DNA from: Candidatus Krumholzibacteriota bacterium
GTDB taxonomy: Bacteria; Krumholzibacteriota; Krumholzibacteriia; JAJRXK01
Direction: 5' to 3'
DNA length: 64,000 nucleotides
Assembly (NCBI GenBank): GCA_963727455.1
Contig: CAVSGG010000004.1
Location: 24,532 to 88,531, forward strand
Part shown: in pieces, positions 45,113 through 55,193 of the stretch
How positions within the stretch are numbered: the first letter of the stretch is position 1
How the letters are laid out: every line of letters starts with the position of its first letter
Program-made: the position numbers and the translations under genes
Notes under the pieces: generated by a model
What the model saw: the letters and a program-made list of their open reading frames with translations, nothing else
What the model was told of the DNA's origin: nothing
The model's database searches: none

Positions 45113-47130
45113 AGGAAACTACATCACGCCCCCGTGTTCTCTGGGTGAGCCCCGAAGCGGCGCCCTACGCATCGACCGGAGGTCTGGCGGAAGTGGTGGG
45201 AGCCATGCCCCGCAGGCTCTGCGCCGCGGGATGGGAAGTGGAGGTATTGCTGCCCTACTATCGCGCGGTCAAGAACGGGGCCTATGAGCCGGATTTCTAC
45301 GACGCCAAGGTTCTGACGATCGAGCTCGCGGGCCATTTCTACGACGCCCAATTGCTCAGCGCGTTGGGTGACGACGGCCTGAAACTGCACTTTTTGGTCT
45401 GCGACGAGCTCTACGATCGGGGCGGGATCTACGCGGAGAAGGGCTTCGATTACCCCGACAACCACATTCGCTTCGCGGTGCTATCGAAAGCGGCCTGCGA
45501 GTTGGCCAAACGCGAGAATTTCAAAATTCTGCATTTGCACGACTGGACCGCCGCGCTCTGTGCCGTATTACTCGCGACGCAGTACCGCGAGGATCCCGAG
45601 CTCGCGGAAGTTCGTGTCATCCAGAGCATCCACAATCTGGCGCACCCCGGCTGTTTCAAGAGCCACACTCTCGACGAGCTCGGGCTTCCGCGCGAACTCG
45701 GATTGTGGAACTTGCTCGGCCACGAAAACGAAGTCAGTTGGCTCAAGGGCGGAATTTTACTTGCCGATGCCTTGCACACCGTAAGCCCGCGCTACGCAAA
45801 GGAGATTCTGAGTCCGGAGGAGGGGCGCGGGATGGACGCTCTCTTGCGGCTGCGTGGCGATCGCCTGCACGGTATCCTGAACGGCCTCGACTACGAAGAA
45901 TGGAATCCTGCAAGCGATCCCTTGATCCACTCTCATTACGACCGCGATCACCTGGCCGGTAAAGAGAAATGCAAAGTCCAGGTGATGAAGAATCTCGGAT
46001 TGGCGCGCCAGTCGCAAGCGCCCCTGATTGCTTTTTTGGGGCGCATGGTGCCGCAAAAGGGACTCGACCTCATCTACGATGTCATTCCCTCGCTGCTCTC
46101 CAAGGGTGCGAGTGTCGTGATCATGGGCAGCGGCGCCGCGGACTTGGAGGAACGAGGACGCAAGCTGGCCGAGAGATTCCCCGAAAATATGGTCGTCTAC
46201 CTCGGTTTCGAGCGCACCCTGGCGCGTCAGGTTCTTGCGGGTGCGGATATGGTGGTCATGCCCTCCCGCTTCGAGCCGTGCGGACTCACGCAAATGCAGG
46301 CCATGCGCTACGGAACCATTCCGGTGGTGCATCGAGTCGGGGGACTCGCCGATACGGTCCGTGGCGTGACGAAAGCCGCGCTCTCTAGCGAACGCGCCAC
46401 TGGCTTCGTTTTCAACACGGAGAGTTCCCGCGCGCTTTCTCTCTGTCTCAACCGTGCCCTTCGCTTCTATCGCGACCGTCCCGTCTGGACCAGGCTCATG
46501 CGCACCGCGATGAAGCAGGATTGGTCCTGGGAGAACGCGCTACCATCCTATGAGAAGCTCTATCGCAAGCTCTTCGAACGGGAGCCTTGGCGCTTCTCGA
46601 TCGAACTTCCCCGGCTAGGTGAGACCAAACCAAGCGAGGCGGCGCCCTTCATCGATTGGGGGCCAACACTGCCGGAGAGATACCATCAGGACAGGATTCG
46701 TCTCATGGTTCAGTCTCCGACACAACTCTACCTCTACTGGGAAGTTGCCAGCGAAGGGGTGAGGCTGCCGCTCAGACTGCAGTTGGAGCGCGATGGGGAG
46801 AGCTGGTCCGAAGGAGGAGAGTTCTCCGAGCTCGGGGAGTGCTGGATGGGAGCCCTACCCGCGCGCCACTATCGAGCTCGTCTCCTCGATGCCTCCGGCC
46901 GACTGCTCCTGCAGAGCAACTCCGTGAAGACCCCGCGCGCTTCGGCCTCCCCCAATCGTGACGCCCGTTGGATCGAAGCCGAGGAGAGGCGCAGACGTCA
47001 TCTCGCGGCCAAGCGCAGACAGGCCTTGTCCCGCGGCGAGGAAGTGCCCTCGTATGGGCTCGATGAGGACTTTCGGGGGCCGGCAGGATCCTCGCACTTG
47101 AGAAGGGTCTTCAAGGGAGTAATGCGATGA
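45109..47130 (+). CDS. glgA: Glycogen synthase (GT5) fused to a C-terminal DUF4912-like domain
   Basis: (S)TGGLAEV, HDW, IHNL, RMVPQKG, PSRFEPCGL; tail LPERYHQDRIRLMVQSPTQLYLYWE. Confidence 0.88.
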   Translation: MKETTSRPRVLWVSPEAAPYASTGGLAEVVGAMPRRLCAAGWEVEVLLPYYRAVKNGAYEPDFYDAKVLTIELAGHFYDAQLLSALGDDGLKLHFLVCDELYDRGGIYAEKGFDYPDNHIRFAVLSKAACELAKRENFKILHLHDWTAALCAVLLATQYREDPELAEVRVIQSIHNLAHPGCFKSHTLDELGLPRELGLWNLLGHENEVSWLKGGILLADALHTVSPRYAKEILSPEEGRGMDALLRLRGDRLHGILNGLDYEEWNPASDPLIHSHYDRDHLAGKEKCKVQVMKNLGLARQSQAPLIAFLGRMVPQKGLDLIYDVIPSLLSKGASVVIMGSGAADLEERGRKLAERFPENMVVYLGFERTLARQVLAGADMVVMPSRFEPCGLTQMQAMRYGTIPVVHRVGGLADTVRGVTKAALSSERATGFVFNTESSRALSLCLNRALRFYRDRPVWTRLMRTAMKQDWSWENALPSYEKLYRKLFEREPWRFSIELPRLGETKPSEAAPFIDWGPTLPERYHQDRIRLMVQSPTQLYLYWEVASEGVRLPLRLQLERDGESWSEGGEFSELGECWMGALPARHYRARLLDASGRLLLQSNSVKTPRASASPNRDARWIEAEERRRRHLAAKRRQALSRGEEVPSYGLDEDFRGPAGSSHLRRVFKGVMR

Positions 47131-48716
47131 ACAAAGCGCTTGGTTCCATGGCCCTGGTCCTTCATGCGCACCTTCCGTACGTGCGCCATCCCGAATACGA
47201 GGATTTCTTGGAAGAGGATTGGCTCTTCGAAGCCATTACCGAATGCTACGTCCCTCTCTTGCGCGCATTCGACACGCTCGACCGGGAGGGCGTGGGCTCT
47301 CGCCTTACCATGACGGTGACTCCTTCCTTGGCCTCGATGCTGGCCGACCCGCTGCTGGAGGCTCGTTATCGCCGCCATCTGCAGAAAATGCAGGATCTCG
47401 CCGCTCAGGAGGTCGCGGGACACGAAGAAGGCACTCCACTGGGAAAGTCGGCGCGTTTTTATCAAAGCTGGCTGCGCGAGACCCGCAGCTACGTGGAGGA
47501 TCGCTGGGGCGGCAATCTCCGCGATGCCCTGCGCCACGCGCAGGACTCCGGCCGGGCCGAACTGGTCACCTGCACCGCCACTCACGGCCTGCTCCCCACC
47601 ATGTCCACTCTAAATTCGAAGCGTGCTCAGGTGCGCGTCGGAGTGGAGAGCTATCGACGCGCCTTCGGTCGGGATCCGCGCGGAATCTGGCTCGCAGAAT
47701 GCGGTTGGCAGGAAGGCCTCGACGAAATCCTTGCCCAGAGTGGCATCGAGTTCTTTTTCACCGACAGCCACGGAGTACTTTTCGGAGAACCCAGACCCGC
47801 GCTCGGTCTCTATGCGCCGGTGAGTACTCCAGCCGGGGTGTACGCGTTTCCGCGCGATCCGGAATCATCCAAGCAGGTTTGGAGTTCGAAGGAAGGCTAT
47901 CCCGGGGACGAATGGTACCGCGAGTTCTACCGCGATCTCGGTTACGACTCGGACTACGAGTACATCAGACCGTTCTTACACCAGGATGGAGTGCGTCGCG
48001 GTGTCGGCGTGAAGTACCACCGGGTCACGGGCGAGGTTCCGTTGCATGAGAAGGCCTACTGGGACGTGGACAAGGCGCGCCAACGCGCGGAGGAACATGC
48101 CGGCAACTTTCTTTTCAATCGCCAGTCTCAAGTTCGCTGGTTGGCGGGAGGAATGGACCGGCCTCCCCTGATCGTGAGTCCCTACGACGCCGAACTCTTT
48201 GGGCATTGGTGGTTCGAAGGACCCTGGTTCCTCGAACATTTCCTGAGGAAGGCGGCAACGCTGCAGGATGAACTCGAGCTCATAACACCTGGCGATTACA
48301 TCGATCGCGATCTGGCGGTGCAAGAGCAAGTGCCAAACATGAGCACTTGGGGGGACGAGGGCTACTTCCGTGTTTGGTTGAACGGCGGCAATGCGTGGTT
48401 CTACCGCCATCAGCACGAAGCAGAGTTGCGCATGGAGAGACTCGCCAAGAGTCATCCGGATGCCACGGGGATTCTCAAGGATGCGCTCGACCAAGCGGCC
48501 CGCGAGTTGCTTCTGGCTCAGAGTTCGGATTGGGCCTTCATCGTGAGCATGGAAACCTCGGTTCCCTACGCAATTCGCAGATTCCGCGAGCACATCGCGA
48601 ATTTCAACGAAATCGCGCAAATGATCGACGATGGACGAATCGACATGGATCGGGTAGAAAGACTCTCTTATCTCGATCCGATTTTCCGATGGATCGACTA
48701 TGGTGTGTATCTCTGA
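47127..48716 (+). CDS. GH57 1,4-alpha-glucan branching enzyme (DUF1957)
   Basis: HAHLPYV, WLAECG, PYDAELFGHWWFEG, AQSSDWAF. Confidence 0.92.
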   Translation: MNKALGSMALVLHAHLPYVRHPEYEDFLEEDWLFEAITECYVPLLRAFDTLDREGVGSRLTMTVTPSLASMLADPLLEARYRRHLQKMQDLAAQEVAGHEEGTPLGKSARFYQSWLRETRSYVEDRWGGNLRDALRHAQDSGRAELVTCTATHGLLPTMSTLNSKRAQVRVGVESYRRAFGRDPRGIWLAECGWQEGLDEILAQSGIEFFFTDSHGVLFGEPRPALGLYAPVSTPAGVYAFPRDPESSKQVWSSKEGYPGDEWYREFYRDLGYDSDYEYIRPFLHQDGVRRGVGVKYHRVTGEVPLHEKAYWDVDKARQRAEEHAGNFLFNRQSQVRWLAGGMDRPPLIVSPYDAELFGHWWFEGPWFLEHFLRKAATLQDELELITPGDYIDRDLAVQEQVPNMSTWGDEGYFRVWLNGGNAWFYRHQHEAELRMERLAKSHPDATGILKDALDQAARELLLAQSSDWAFIVSMETSVPYAIRRFREHIANFNEIAQMIDDGRIDMDRVERLSYLDPIFRWIDYGVYL

Positions 48717-48746
48717 GCCAGCGGACCGCGTTCCGGGAGAAATTTC

Positions 48747-50900
48747 ATGCGGATTCCCACTCTCAACGTCGCGGACATCGAGCTACCCAAGGAACTCGTC
48801 AAGCTGTACGAGCTGTCCTACAACCTGTGGTGGGCATGGTCGCCGCGCGCGCGGCGCCTGTTCAGCGCGGTGGACGGCGTGGCGTGGACGCACTATCGCA
48901 ACCCGGTGGAGATGCTGATCAACGTCGAGCCCGACCACTGGGAGCGGTTGATCACCAGCGAGACCTTCATGACCACCTATGCCTCGGTGGTTCGGGAATT
49001 CGAAAACTACCTACTCTCCGGGGATGACTCCTGGTACGCGAAGACCTACGGCGCAAAGAGTTCACGCAAGGTTGCCTACTTCTCGATGGAATACGGAGTG
49101 CATGAGAGCCTCCCCGGTTATTCCGGGGGGCTCGGGATCCTCAGCGGGGATCACCTCAAGGCGGCCAGCGATCTGGGAATTCCCCTGGTTGCGGTGGGAC
49201 TGCTGTATCGTCGCGGATATTTCATGCAGACCATCGACGCCGACGGATTACAACAACACACCTATCTGCACTGCGACTTCACGCGCTTGCCCCTGCGCCC
49301 CGTCGCGGGACCCACCGGACGCAGTGTGGTCGTCAGAATTCCTTTCCCCGACCGGGAGGTCTGCGCCAAGTTGTGGCTCGCGCAAGTCGGGCGCGTGCCA
49401 CTGGTGCTCCTCGACACGGACATTGCGCAGAACGATCCCTCCGACCGGCCCATCACGAACATACTTTACGTGCGTGGCCGGGAGATGCGCCTGGTTCAGG
49501 AATTGGTTCTGGGGATCGGTGGAGCCAAGGCAATCGAGACTTTAGGGATTCAGCCCGATGTCTGGCATCTCAACGAGGGCCACAGCGTGCTCTTGCAGCT
49601 GGAGCGCATGAAGATGCTGGCGGAGCGCGAAAAGCTGGGACTGGGCGCGGTCCGCGAGAGAATCAAGGCCAGTACCGTCTTCACCACTCACACTCCCGTA
49701 CCGGCCGGCAACGAGGTCTTCGATCGTGAGTTGGTCTCCAAGTACGTGAAGCCCTGGGCCGAGGCACTCGACACCAGTTGCGAGGAGCTGCTGAATCTGG
49801 GGAACGCGGACGATTTTGCGGGAGCACAGCAACCGTTCAATCTGACCGCGCTCGCTATTCGCACCAGTCGGCAGGCCAACGGCGTGAGTAAGCTGCACGC
49901 TGAAGTCAGCAACCGCATGTGGCGCCATCTCTATCCCAATGTGACCGCGGAGGCGATGCCCATTGGAAGCATCACCAACGGGGTTCACATTTCCACCTGG
50001 TTGGGGCTGGACCTGCTCGAACTTTACAATCGTTCTCTAGGTATAGGGTGGAAGGATCGGCGCCTCACCGTGGAGGATTGGGAGGCCATCTTCGACATTC
50101 CTGATGAAGAAGTCTGGATGGCTCATCTGATTCAGAAGCGCCGCATGGCCCGTTTTATTCGAGTGATGTTGCGACAGCAGTTCGCGCGTCATGGTCACAG
50201 TCCCGGTGAGCTGCGCGAGCTCGATGGTTGGCTCGACGAAGAGGTCTTTACCATCGGCTTCGCGCGCCGCTTTGCAACCTACAAGCGGGCCGACCTGCTC
50301 TTTCGGGACATGCACCACCTCAGAAGCCTGGTCTGCAACGCCGATCGTCCCGTTCAGATCCTTCTCGCCGGGAAGGCCCATCCGGCAGACCGTCCGGGAC
50401 AGGAACTCATTCAGCACATCTTTCAGATTTCTCGTACGAGCGACTTCGCGGGGCGGGTCATCTTCCTGGAGAACTACGACATGAGAATCGGCCGCGCCTT
50501 GGTGCAGGGGGTCGATCTCTGGCTCAACACCCCGGTGCGTCCGATGGAGGCGAGCGGAACCAGTGGGCAGAAGGCGGCCATGAACGGCGCGCTCAACTTC
50601 AGCGTTCTGGACGGCTGGTGGCCGGAGGGCTACGACGGAGAAAACGGCTGGACCATCGGTCAGCCAAAAGACTATCTGGACCGCGAAACCCAGGATCGCG
50701 ACGACAGCCTTTCGCTCTATCAGACCCTCGAAAAAGAGATCATTCCCCTCTACTACCAGCGCAATGCGGAAGGGATTCCCGTGGAGTGGGTCCGCCGCAT
50801 GAAGCACTGCATGGCCACGATCACGCCCCAGTTCAGTGCGGAGCGGATGGTGCGCGAGTACGCCGAAAAGACGTATTATATAGAGGAGAGTTCATCCTGA
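48747..50900 (+). CDS. glgP: Alpha-glucan phosphorylase
   Basis: YFSMEYG, YSGGLG, HLNEGH, ARRFATYKR, EASGTSGQKAAMNG. Confidence 0.95.
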   Translation: MRIPTLNVADIELPKELVKLYELSYNLWWAWSPRARRLFSAVDGVAWTHYRNPVEMLINVEPDHWERLITSETFMTTYASVVREFENYLLSGDDSWYAKTYGAKSSRKVAYFSMEYGVHESLPGYSGGLGILSGDHLKAASDLGIPLVAVGLLYRRGYFMQTIDADGLQQHTYLHCDFTRLPLRPVAGPTGRSVVVRIPFPDREVCAKLWLAQVGRVPLVLLDTDIAQNDPSDRPITNILYVRGREMRLVQELVLGIGGAKAIETLGIQPDVWHLNEGHSVLLQLERMKMLAEREKLGLGAVRERIKASTVFTTHTPVPAGNEVFDRELVSKYVKPWAEALDTSCEELLNLGNADDFAGAQQPFNLTALAIRTSRQANGVSKLHAEVSNRMWRHLYPNVTAEAMPIGSITNGVHISTWLGLDLLELYNRSLGIGWKDRRLTVEDWEAIFDIPDEEVWMAHLIQKRRMARFIRVMLRQQFARHGHSPGELRELDGWLDEEVFTIGFARRFATYKRADLLFRDMHHLRSLVCNADRPVQILLAGKAHPADRPGQELIQHIFQISRTSDFAGRVIFLENYDMRIGRALVQGVDLWLNTPVRPMEASGTSGQKAAMNGALNFSVLDGWWPEGYDGENGWTIGQPKDYLDRETQDRDDSLSLYQTLEKEIIPLYYQRNAEGIPVEWVRRMKHCMATITPQFSAERMVREYAEKTYYIEESSS

Positions 50901-50993
50901 TTTCGTTGCGTGGAGGCATCCTCTTCTTTGAGTGACAGACGGCCGAGAACCAGGTCAACTGATTGTTACTACGAGCCCAGACGCGAGGCTCTC

Positions 50994-52325
50994 GTGGAGA
51001 GAGCGGTGTTGGCGGGAGTACAATTCACTCTGCCCACGGGGGCGAACGGGCAAGATCCGGACAAATCGGCGACTGCAGAGTGGGTCGACTTGGACGAGCT
51101 TGAGCGCCTGGCCGATACGGCCGGAGCGAAAGTGGTGGCGCGGCTCGAACAGCGCCGCCTGCGTCCCAACGTCCGCAGCCTCTTGGGTAAGGGCAAGGCG
51201 GATCAGCTCAAGCATCTGGTGAAGAGCACGCAGGCCGATCTGGTCATTTTCGACAACGATCTCACCCCGGCCCAGGGGCGCAATCTCGAGCGTCTGGTTG
51301 GCGTGCGCGTGCTCGACCGCACCGAGTTGATTCTCGACATCTTCGCGCGGCACGCGCGTACGCGTCAGTCACGACTACAGGTCAGTCTCGCCCAGCATCA
51401 ATATCTCTTGCCGCGACTCGCCCGCATGTGGAAACACCTCGAGCGACAGGCGGGTGGTATTGGCACGCGCGGTCCCGGTGAAACGCAGATCGAAACGGAC
51501 CGCCGCCTCATTCGCCGGCGAATCAGCCATCTCACGCGCGAGTTGAAGGAAATCGATCGCGACGTTCAGACGCAGCACAAGCAGCGCACCAACGAATATC
51601 GGGCGGCGTTGGTCGGGTATACCAATGCCGGCAAGAGTTCGATCATGAACCTTTTGTCCGGGGCTGGAGTCTATGTGCAGGACCAGCTCTTCGCGACTCT
51701 GGATGCGACAACCAGAAGAATCGAGTTGCGCGGGGGGCGGCACTTTCTTCTCACAGATACCGTCGGCTTCTTGCGCAAGCTGCCCCACCATCTGGTCGAG
51801 AGTTTTCGCGCGACCCTGGGAGAAGTTGACGAGGCGGACCTTCTCTTCCACGTCGTCGACGCGGGGGCTCACGATCTCGACGCACAGATCGAAGCGGTGG
51901 AGCAAGTGCTGAAAAACGTCTGCCGGGGCGAACCGGATCAGATCATGGTCTTCAACAAGATCGATACCGTTCAGGACGAAAGCTGGTTGGAATACGCTCG
52001 CCTGCGTTGGCCGGACGCGGTGTTCACGAATGCACTGGCGGGTGTCGGCCAAGAGGAACTACTGGAAGCGGTCGGACGTAGGCTCGTCCGCAAGGAGCGA
52101 GACGTCGTACTCGCGGTCGATCGCTCGCATCCGAGATCTCTGGCCTTGCTCCACGAAATCGGCGAGGTGCTCGGAATCGACTACGAGAAGAATCCGACCG
52201 AGGTGCGGGTCCGTATCGATCAGAGAAGTTATGGACTCATGGCGAAACTCGCTGGAGTCCACATTCTCGAGGTGACCAGGCACCGGCGTCCCAAGTACGA
52301 ACCCAAGAGCTCCCTGGCGAGTTAA
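50994..52325 (+). CDS. hflX: GTPase HflX (start approximate)
   Basis: DRTELILDIF, GPGETQIETDRR, GYTNAGKS, DTVGF, NKID. Confidence 0.95.
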   Translation: MERAVLAGVQFTLPTGANGQDPDKSATAEWVDLDELERLADTAGAKVVARLEQRRLRPNVRSLLGKGKADQLKHLVKSTQADLVIFDNDLTPAQGRNLERLVGVRVLDRTELILDIFARHARTRQSRLQVSLAQHQYLLPRLARMWKHLERQAGGIGTRGPGETQIETDRRLIRRRISHLTRELKEIDRDVQTQHKQRTNEYRAALVGYTNAGKSSIMNLLSGAGVYVQDQLFATLDATTRRIELRGGRHFLLTDTVGFLRKLPHHLVESFRATLGEVDEADLLFHVVDAGAHDLDAQIEAVEQVLKNVCRGEPDQIMVFNKIDTVQDESWLEYARLRWPDAVFTNALAGVGQEELLEAVGRRLVRKERDVVLAVDRSHPRSLALLHEIGEVLGIDYEKNPTEVRVRIDQRSYGLMAKLAGVHILEVTRHRRPKYEPKSSLAS

Positions 52326-52341
52326 AGGCTGGCGCGGCGGA

Positions 52342-53649
52342 GTGCCTCGGGCTAAGCTCGCGCGCGTGAACGCCAGTCCCGAATCGAACTCCCCGCAGTC
52401 GGTATCGCTGCGGCGCAACCGCCGCTTCGTCGCCCTTTTCACGGCAGAGGCGGTGAGTGGATTCGGCGACCGAATTCACATTTTTGCTCTGCTTCTTCTC
52501 GTTCACGCCAAGACCGGCCGCACTTTCGATCTGGGCCTTCTGGCCATCATCCAAGTCCTGCCGGGAACCGTGCTGGCTCCGCTGGCAGGATGGGTCATCG
52601 ATCGGGTCGAACGACGCCGTCTGATGATGACATTGGATCTTCTGCAGGCGCTTCTCGTTCTCCTTCTTCCTTTGACCAATTCTCTGGGGCAAATTTTGCT
52701 GATTGCGGCGCTCTTGGCCGTCGCAAGGCAGTTCGCGGATCCTGCGCGTATGGCGGTACTTCCCGAAATCGTGAACGATGACCAGGTGCTGAGGGCGAAC
52801 GGAGCGCTGTCTTCGGTACTTCATCTCTTGCTCATCGTCGGGCCAGCCGCGGCCGGACTCATCGCGGGTCGGTATGGTCTAACCGCGTGTTTCCGAGTCG
52901 ACGCCATCACCTACGCGCTGAGCGCGCTGAGTTTGATCGGTCTGGGACGATGTCCCCGCCCCGAATCGGGTGGCACGTTCGCCGCTGCGGGCAAGGCTTG
53001 GAGGGATTTCTTCGGCGAGATTCGCCAGGGCTTGCAAGTCTTGACCGGGGACACCGCGCTGCGCTTCACCATCGTTTTCTTTGCCCTGGGGACTTTCATT
53101 TCCAGCATGCAGCAACCCCTAGTGGTGGTCTTCGTGAAGGACGTCCTTCAGGGGAGCGACCCCGAGCTCGGAAGTCTGATTTCCATGATGGGTGTGGGGG
53201 GCATTTTGGGCTCGCTGCTCGCGCCTTCCAGCAAACGCTGGGTCTCGGCGATCCTGGTCATGCCGCTCGCGACCATTCTGGACGGGGGCGCCCTGATCGC
53301 GTTCGGGCTGTCGTCCAGCATTGGTCCGGCGATGGCCCTCTTCGGCGCATTCGGTTTCGTGGCGGGGATGCTCCAAGTGAGGGTCACCAGTCTCTTTCAG
53401 GCGCGGGTTCCGAAGGAGTTTCGCGGGCGGGCCTTTGCCTGGCTGGGGCCGCTTTTCGGTCCCCTGAGCGTCGCGTCCCTGGCTCTGGGCACTTGGATCG
53501 CGGACCTCACTAGCGTGGTCAAGGTGATCGTCGCGTCCGGTACCTTGGAGATCGCGGTCGCTCTCGTCGCTCTGCTCTGGCTCGTGGGCCGTCCGGCACT
53601 CAGATCCGTGAGCGAAACCGGCGCAACCTCGGGAGGATCCGGCTCGTAG
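52342..53649 (+). CDS. MFS transporter (DHA3/MefA-like)
   Basis: About 12 TM segments; motif A-like GWVIDRVERRRLM. Confidence 0.85.
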   Translation: MPRAKLARVNASPESNSPQSVSLRRNRRFVALFTAEAVSGFGDRIHIFALLLLVHAKTGRTFDLGLLAIIQVLPGTVLAPLAGWVIDRVERRRLMMTLDLLQALLVLLLPLTNSLGQILLIAALLAVARQFADPARMAVLPEIVNDDQVLRANGALSSVLHLLLIVGPAAAGLIAGRYGLTACFRVDAITYALSALSLIGLGRCPRPESGGTFAAAGKAWRDFFGEIRQGLQVLTGDTALRFTIVFFALGTFISSMQQPLVVVFVKDVLQGSDPELGSLISMMGVGGILGSLLAPSSKRWVSAILVMPLATILDGGALIAFGLSSSIGPAMALFGAFGFVAGMLQVRVTSLFQARVPKEFRGRAFAWLGPLFGPLSVASLALGTWIADLTSVVKVIVASGTLEIAVALVALLWLVGRPALRSVSETGATSGGSGS

Positions 53650-53755
53650 GGAATTCTTGGAAATGCCCCCGTCGGACCACTAGTATTACTGCGTCCATCG
53701 ACCGCTTGAGCGTGCTTCCCGCTGGCCCGTTCTCTCCCAACCCTAAGGAAGTGCC

Positions 53756-55033
53756 ATGCGAGCCCCCGCGTTTTGTCTGTGTGTCCTCTGTCTGCTGGTC
53801 AGCGCTAGCGCGCACGCCGAATGGAAGGGTAGCGAAGCAACCGTTGATGGAATTCTGACGGTCCACAATCCCTCCACGCCCGCCGAGGGTGAGATCAAGC
53901 TGAAGCTCGAGGCGCTGTTCAGTCTGGGCGGCGAGAGCGACGATCCAAACCAGCTCTTTGGAATGGTGCAAGAGGTTCTGGTCGACGACGAGCACAACTC
54001 CTACTTGCTCGACCAACAACTCCACGAGATCAAGGTTTTCGATGCCCAGGGTAAGTACCTGCGTACCATCGGCCGCAAGGGCGAGGGCCCCGGGGAATTC
54101 AACAATCCGAACGCGATGTTTTTTCTACCGGATTCCCGGATCGGCGTTTCGCAAATGATGCCGGGACGCATCGCCGTATTGGATGAGCAAGGCCAGGGGC
54201 TGAATGATTACCCGATTCCCGGCGAGGGCGGTTTCGCTCTGGTAGCCCAGGTGGAATCGGCGGGGGATCGCGTCGTGATGCAAGAGACAGTCGGGAGTTT
54301 CGAGAGCGGCGAGGTCAGGAACATCAATCGATTGCTCGCGCTCGACGACACCGGAAAGCAACTGCTGATTTACGGCGAGGAAGTCAAGGAGATGAATGTG
54401 AGTGGGGGGCGCATGCGAATCAGTATGGGCGATGAGAGCTACGCGCGCGAATGGACAGTCGGGCCCCAAGGACGAGTTTTTTCCGTGAACGAGCGAAGCG
54501 GCTACAAGATCCATGTATATGGACTCGACGGGACGGTCGAGAGGATCATCGAGCGGGATTACGAGCCCCTTGCCTTCACCGACAAGGAGAAGGAGCAACG
54601 CAAGAAGAGAATGGATGAGAATTCGCAGGCACGGGGAATGGACATCGACGCAGACCTGCCCGACTACAAGCCGGACATCGAGAATCTCTTCGTCCGGCCC
54701 AATGGCGAGCTCTGGGTGCGCACCAGCCGTTCGAGGGGAGAGGACGGGGGACTGGGTAGCTTCGATGTCTTTGACGCCCAGGGGCATTTCCAATATGTGG
54801 TGTGGCCACAGACGGAATATGTCGATCGCGAGGACGGATTCGTGCTCACCAAGGACCGCTTCTACCGAATCAAAGAGCTGAACGGCGCTTTGAAGGCCTG
54901 GGTGGCCGGATTTGGCGGCGGAATCAGGATTGCGGTCGATGCCGAGGACGAGGATGAGGATGAGGGCGAACCCGAGCCGCTGAAGATCCTGGCATTCGAG
55001 CTTCCCTTGGAGCTCTCGCAGATGCGAAAGTGA
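53756..55033 (+). CDS. Secreted 6-bladed beta-propeller protein, paralogue 1
   Basis: Signal peptide; IKVFD..GKYLRTIGRKGEGPGEF; FDVFD. Confidence 0.85.
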   Translation: MRAPAFCLCVLCLLVSASAHAEWKGSEATVDGILTVHNPSTPAEGEIKLKLEALFSLGGESDDPNQLFGMVQEVLVDDEHNSYLLDQQLHEIKVFDAQGKYLRTIGRKGEGPGEFNNPNAMFFLPDSRIGVSQMMPGRIAVLDEQGQGLNDYPIPGEGGFALVAQVESAGDRVVMQETVGSFESGEVRNINRLLALDDTGKQLLIYGEEVKEMNVSGGRMRISMGDESYAREWTVGPQGRVFSVNERSGYKIHVYGLDGTVERIIERDYEPLAFTDKEKEQRKKRMDENSQARGMDIDADLPDYKPDIENLFVRPNGELWVRTSRSRGEDGGLGSFDVFDAQGHFQYVVWPQTEYVDREDGFVLTKDRFYRIKELNGALKAWVAGFGGGIRIAVDAEDEDEDEGEPEPLKILAFELPLELSQMRK

Positions 55034-55193
55034 TATCGAAATTCATGATCAGTCCCCCGCGCCCAGAGCGCAACCCAAGTCACCCAAAGGGCGTAGAAGC
55101 AGCCATGAAGTCCACGGGCCCGGTCCCTTGCGGACATACCCACGATGACGGCTGGCTCGCGACACTACGCTCTGATTCCCAGGAGAAGATGAA

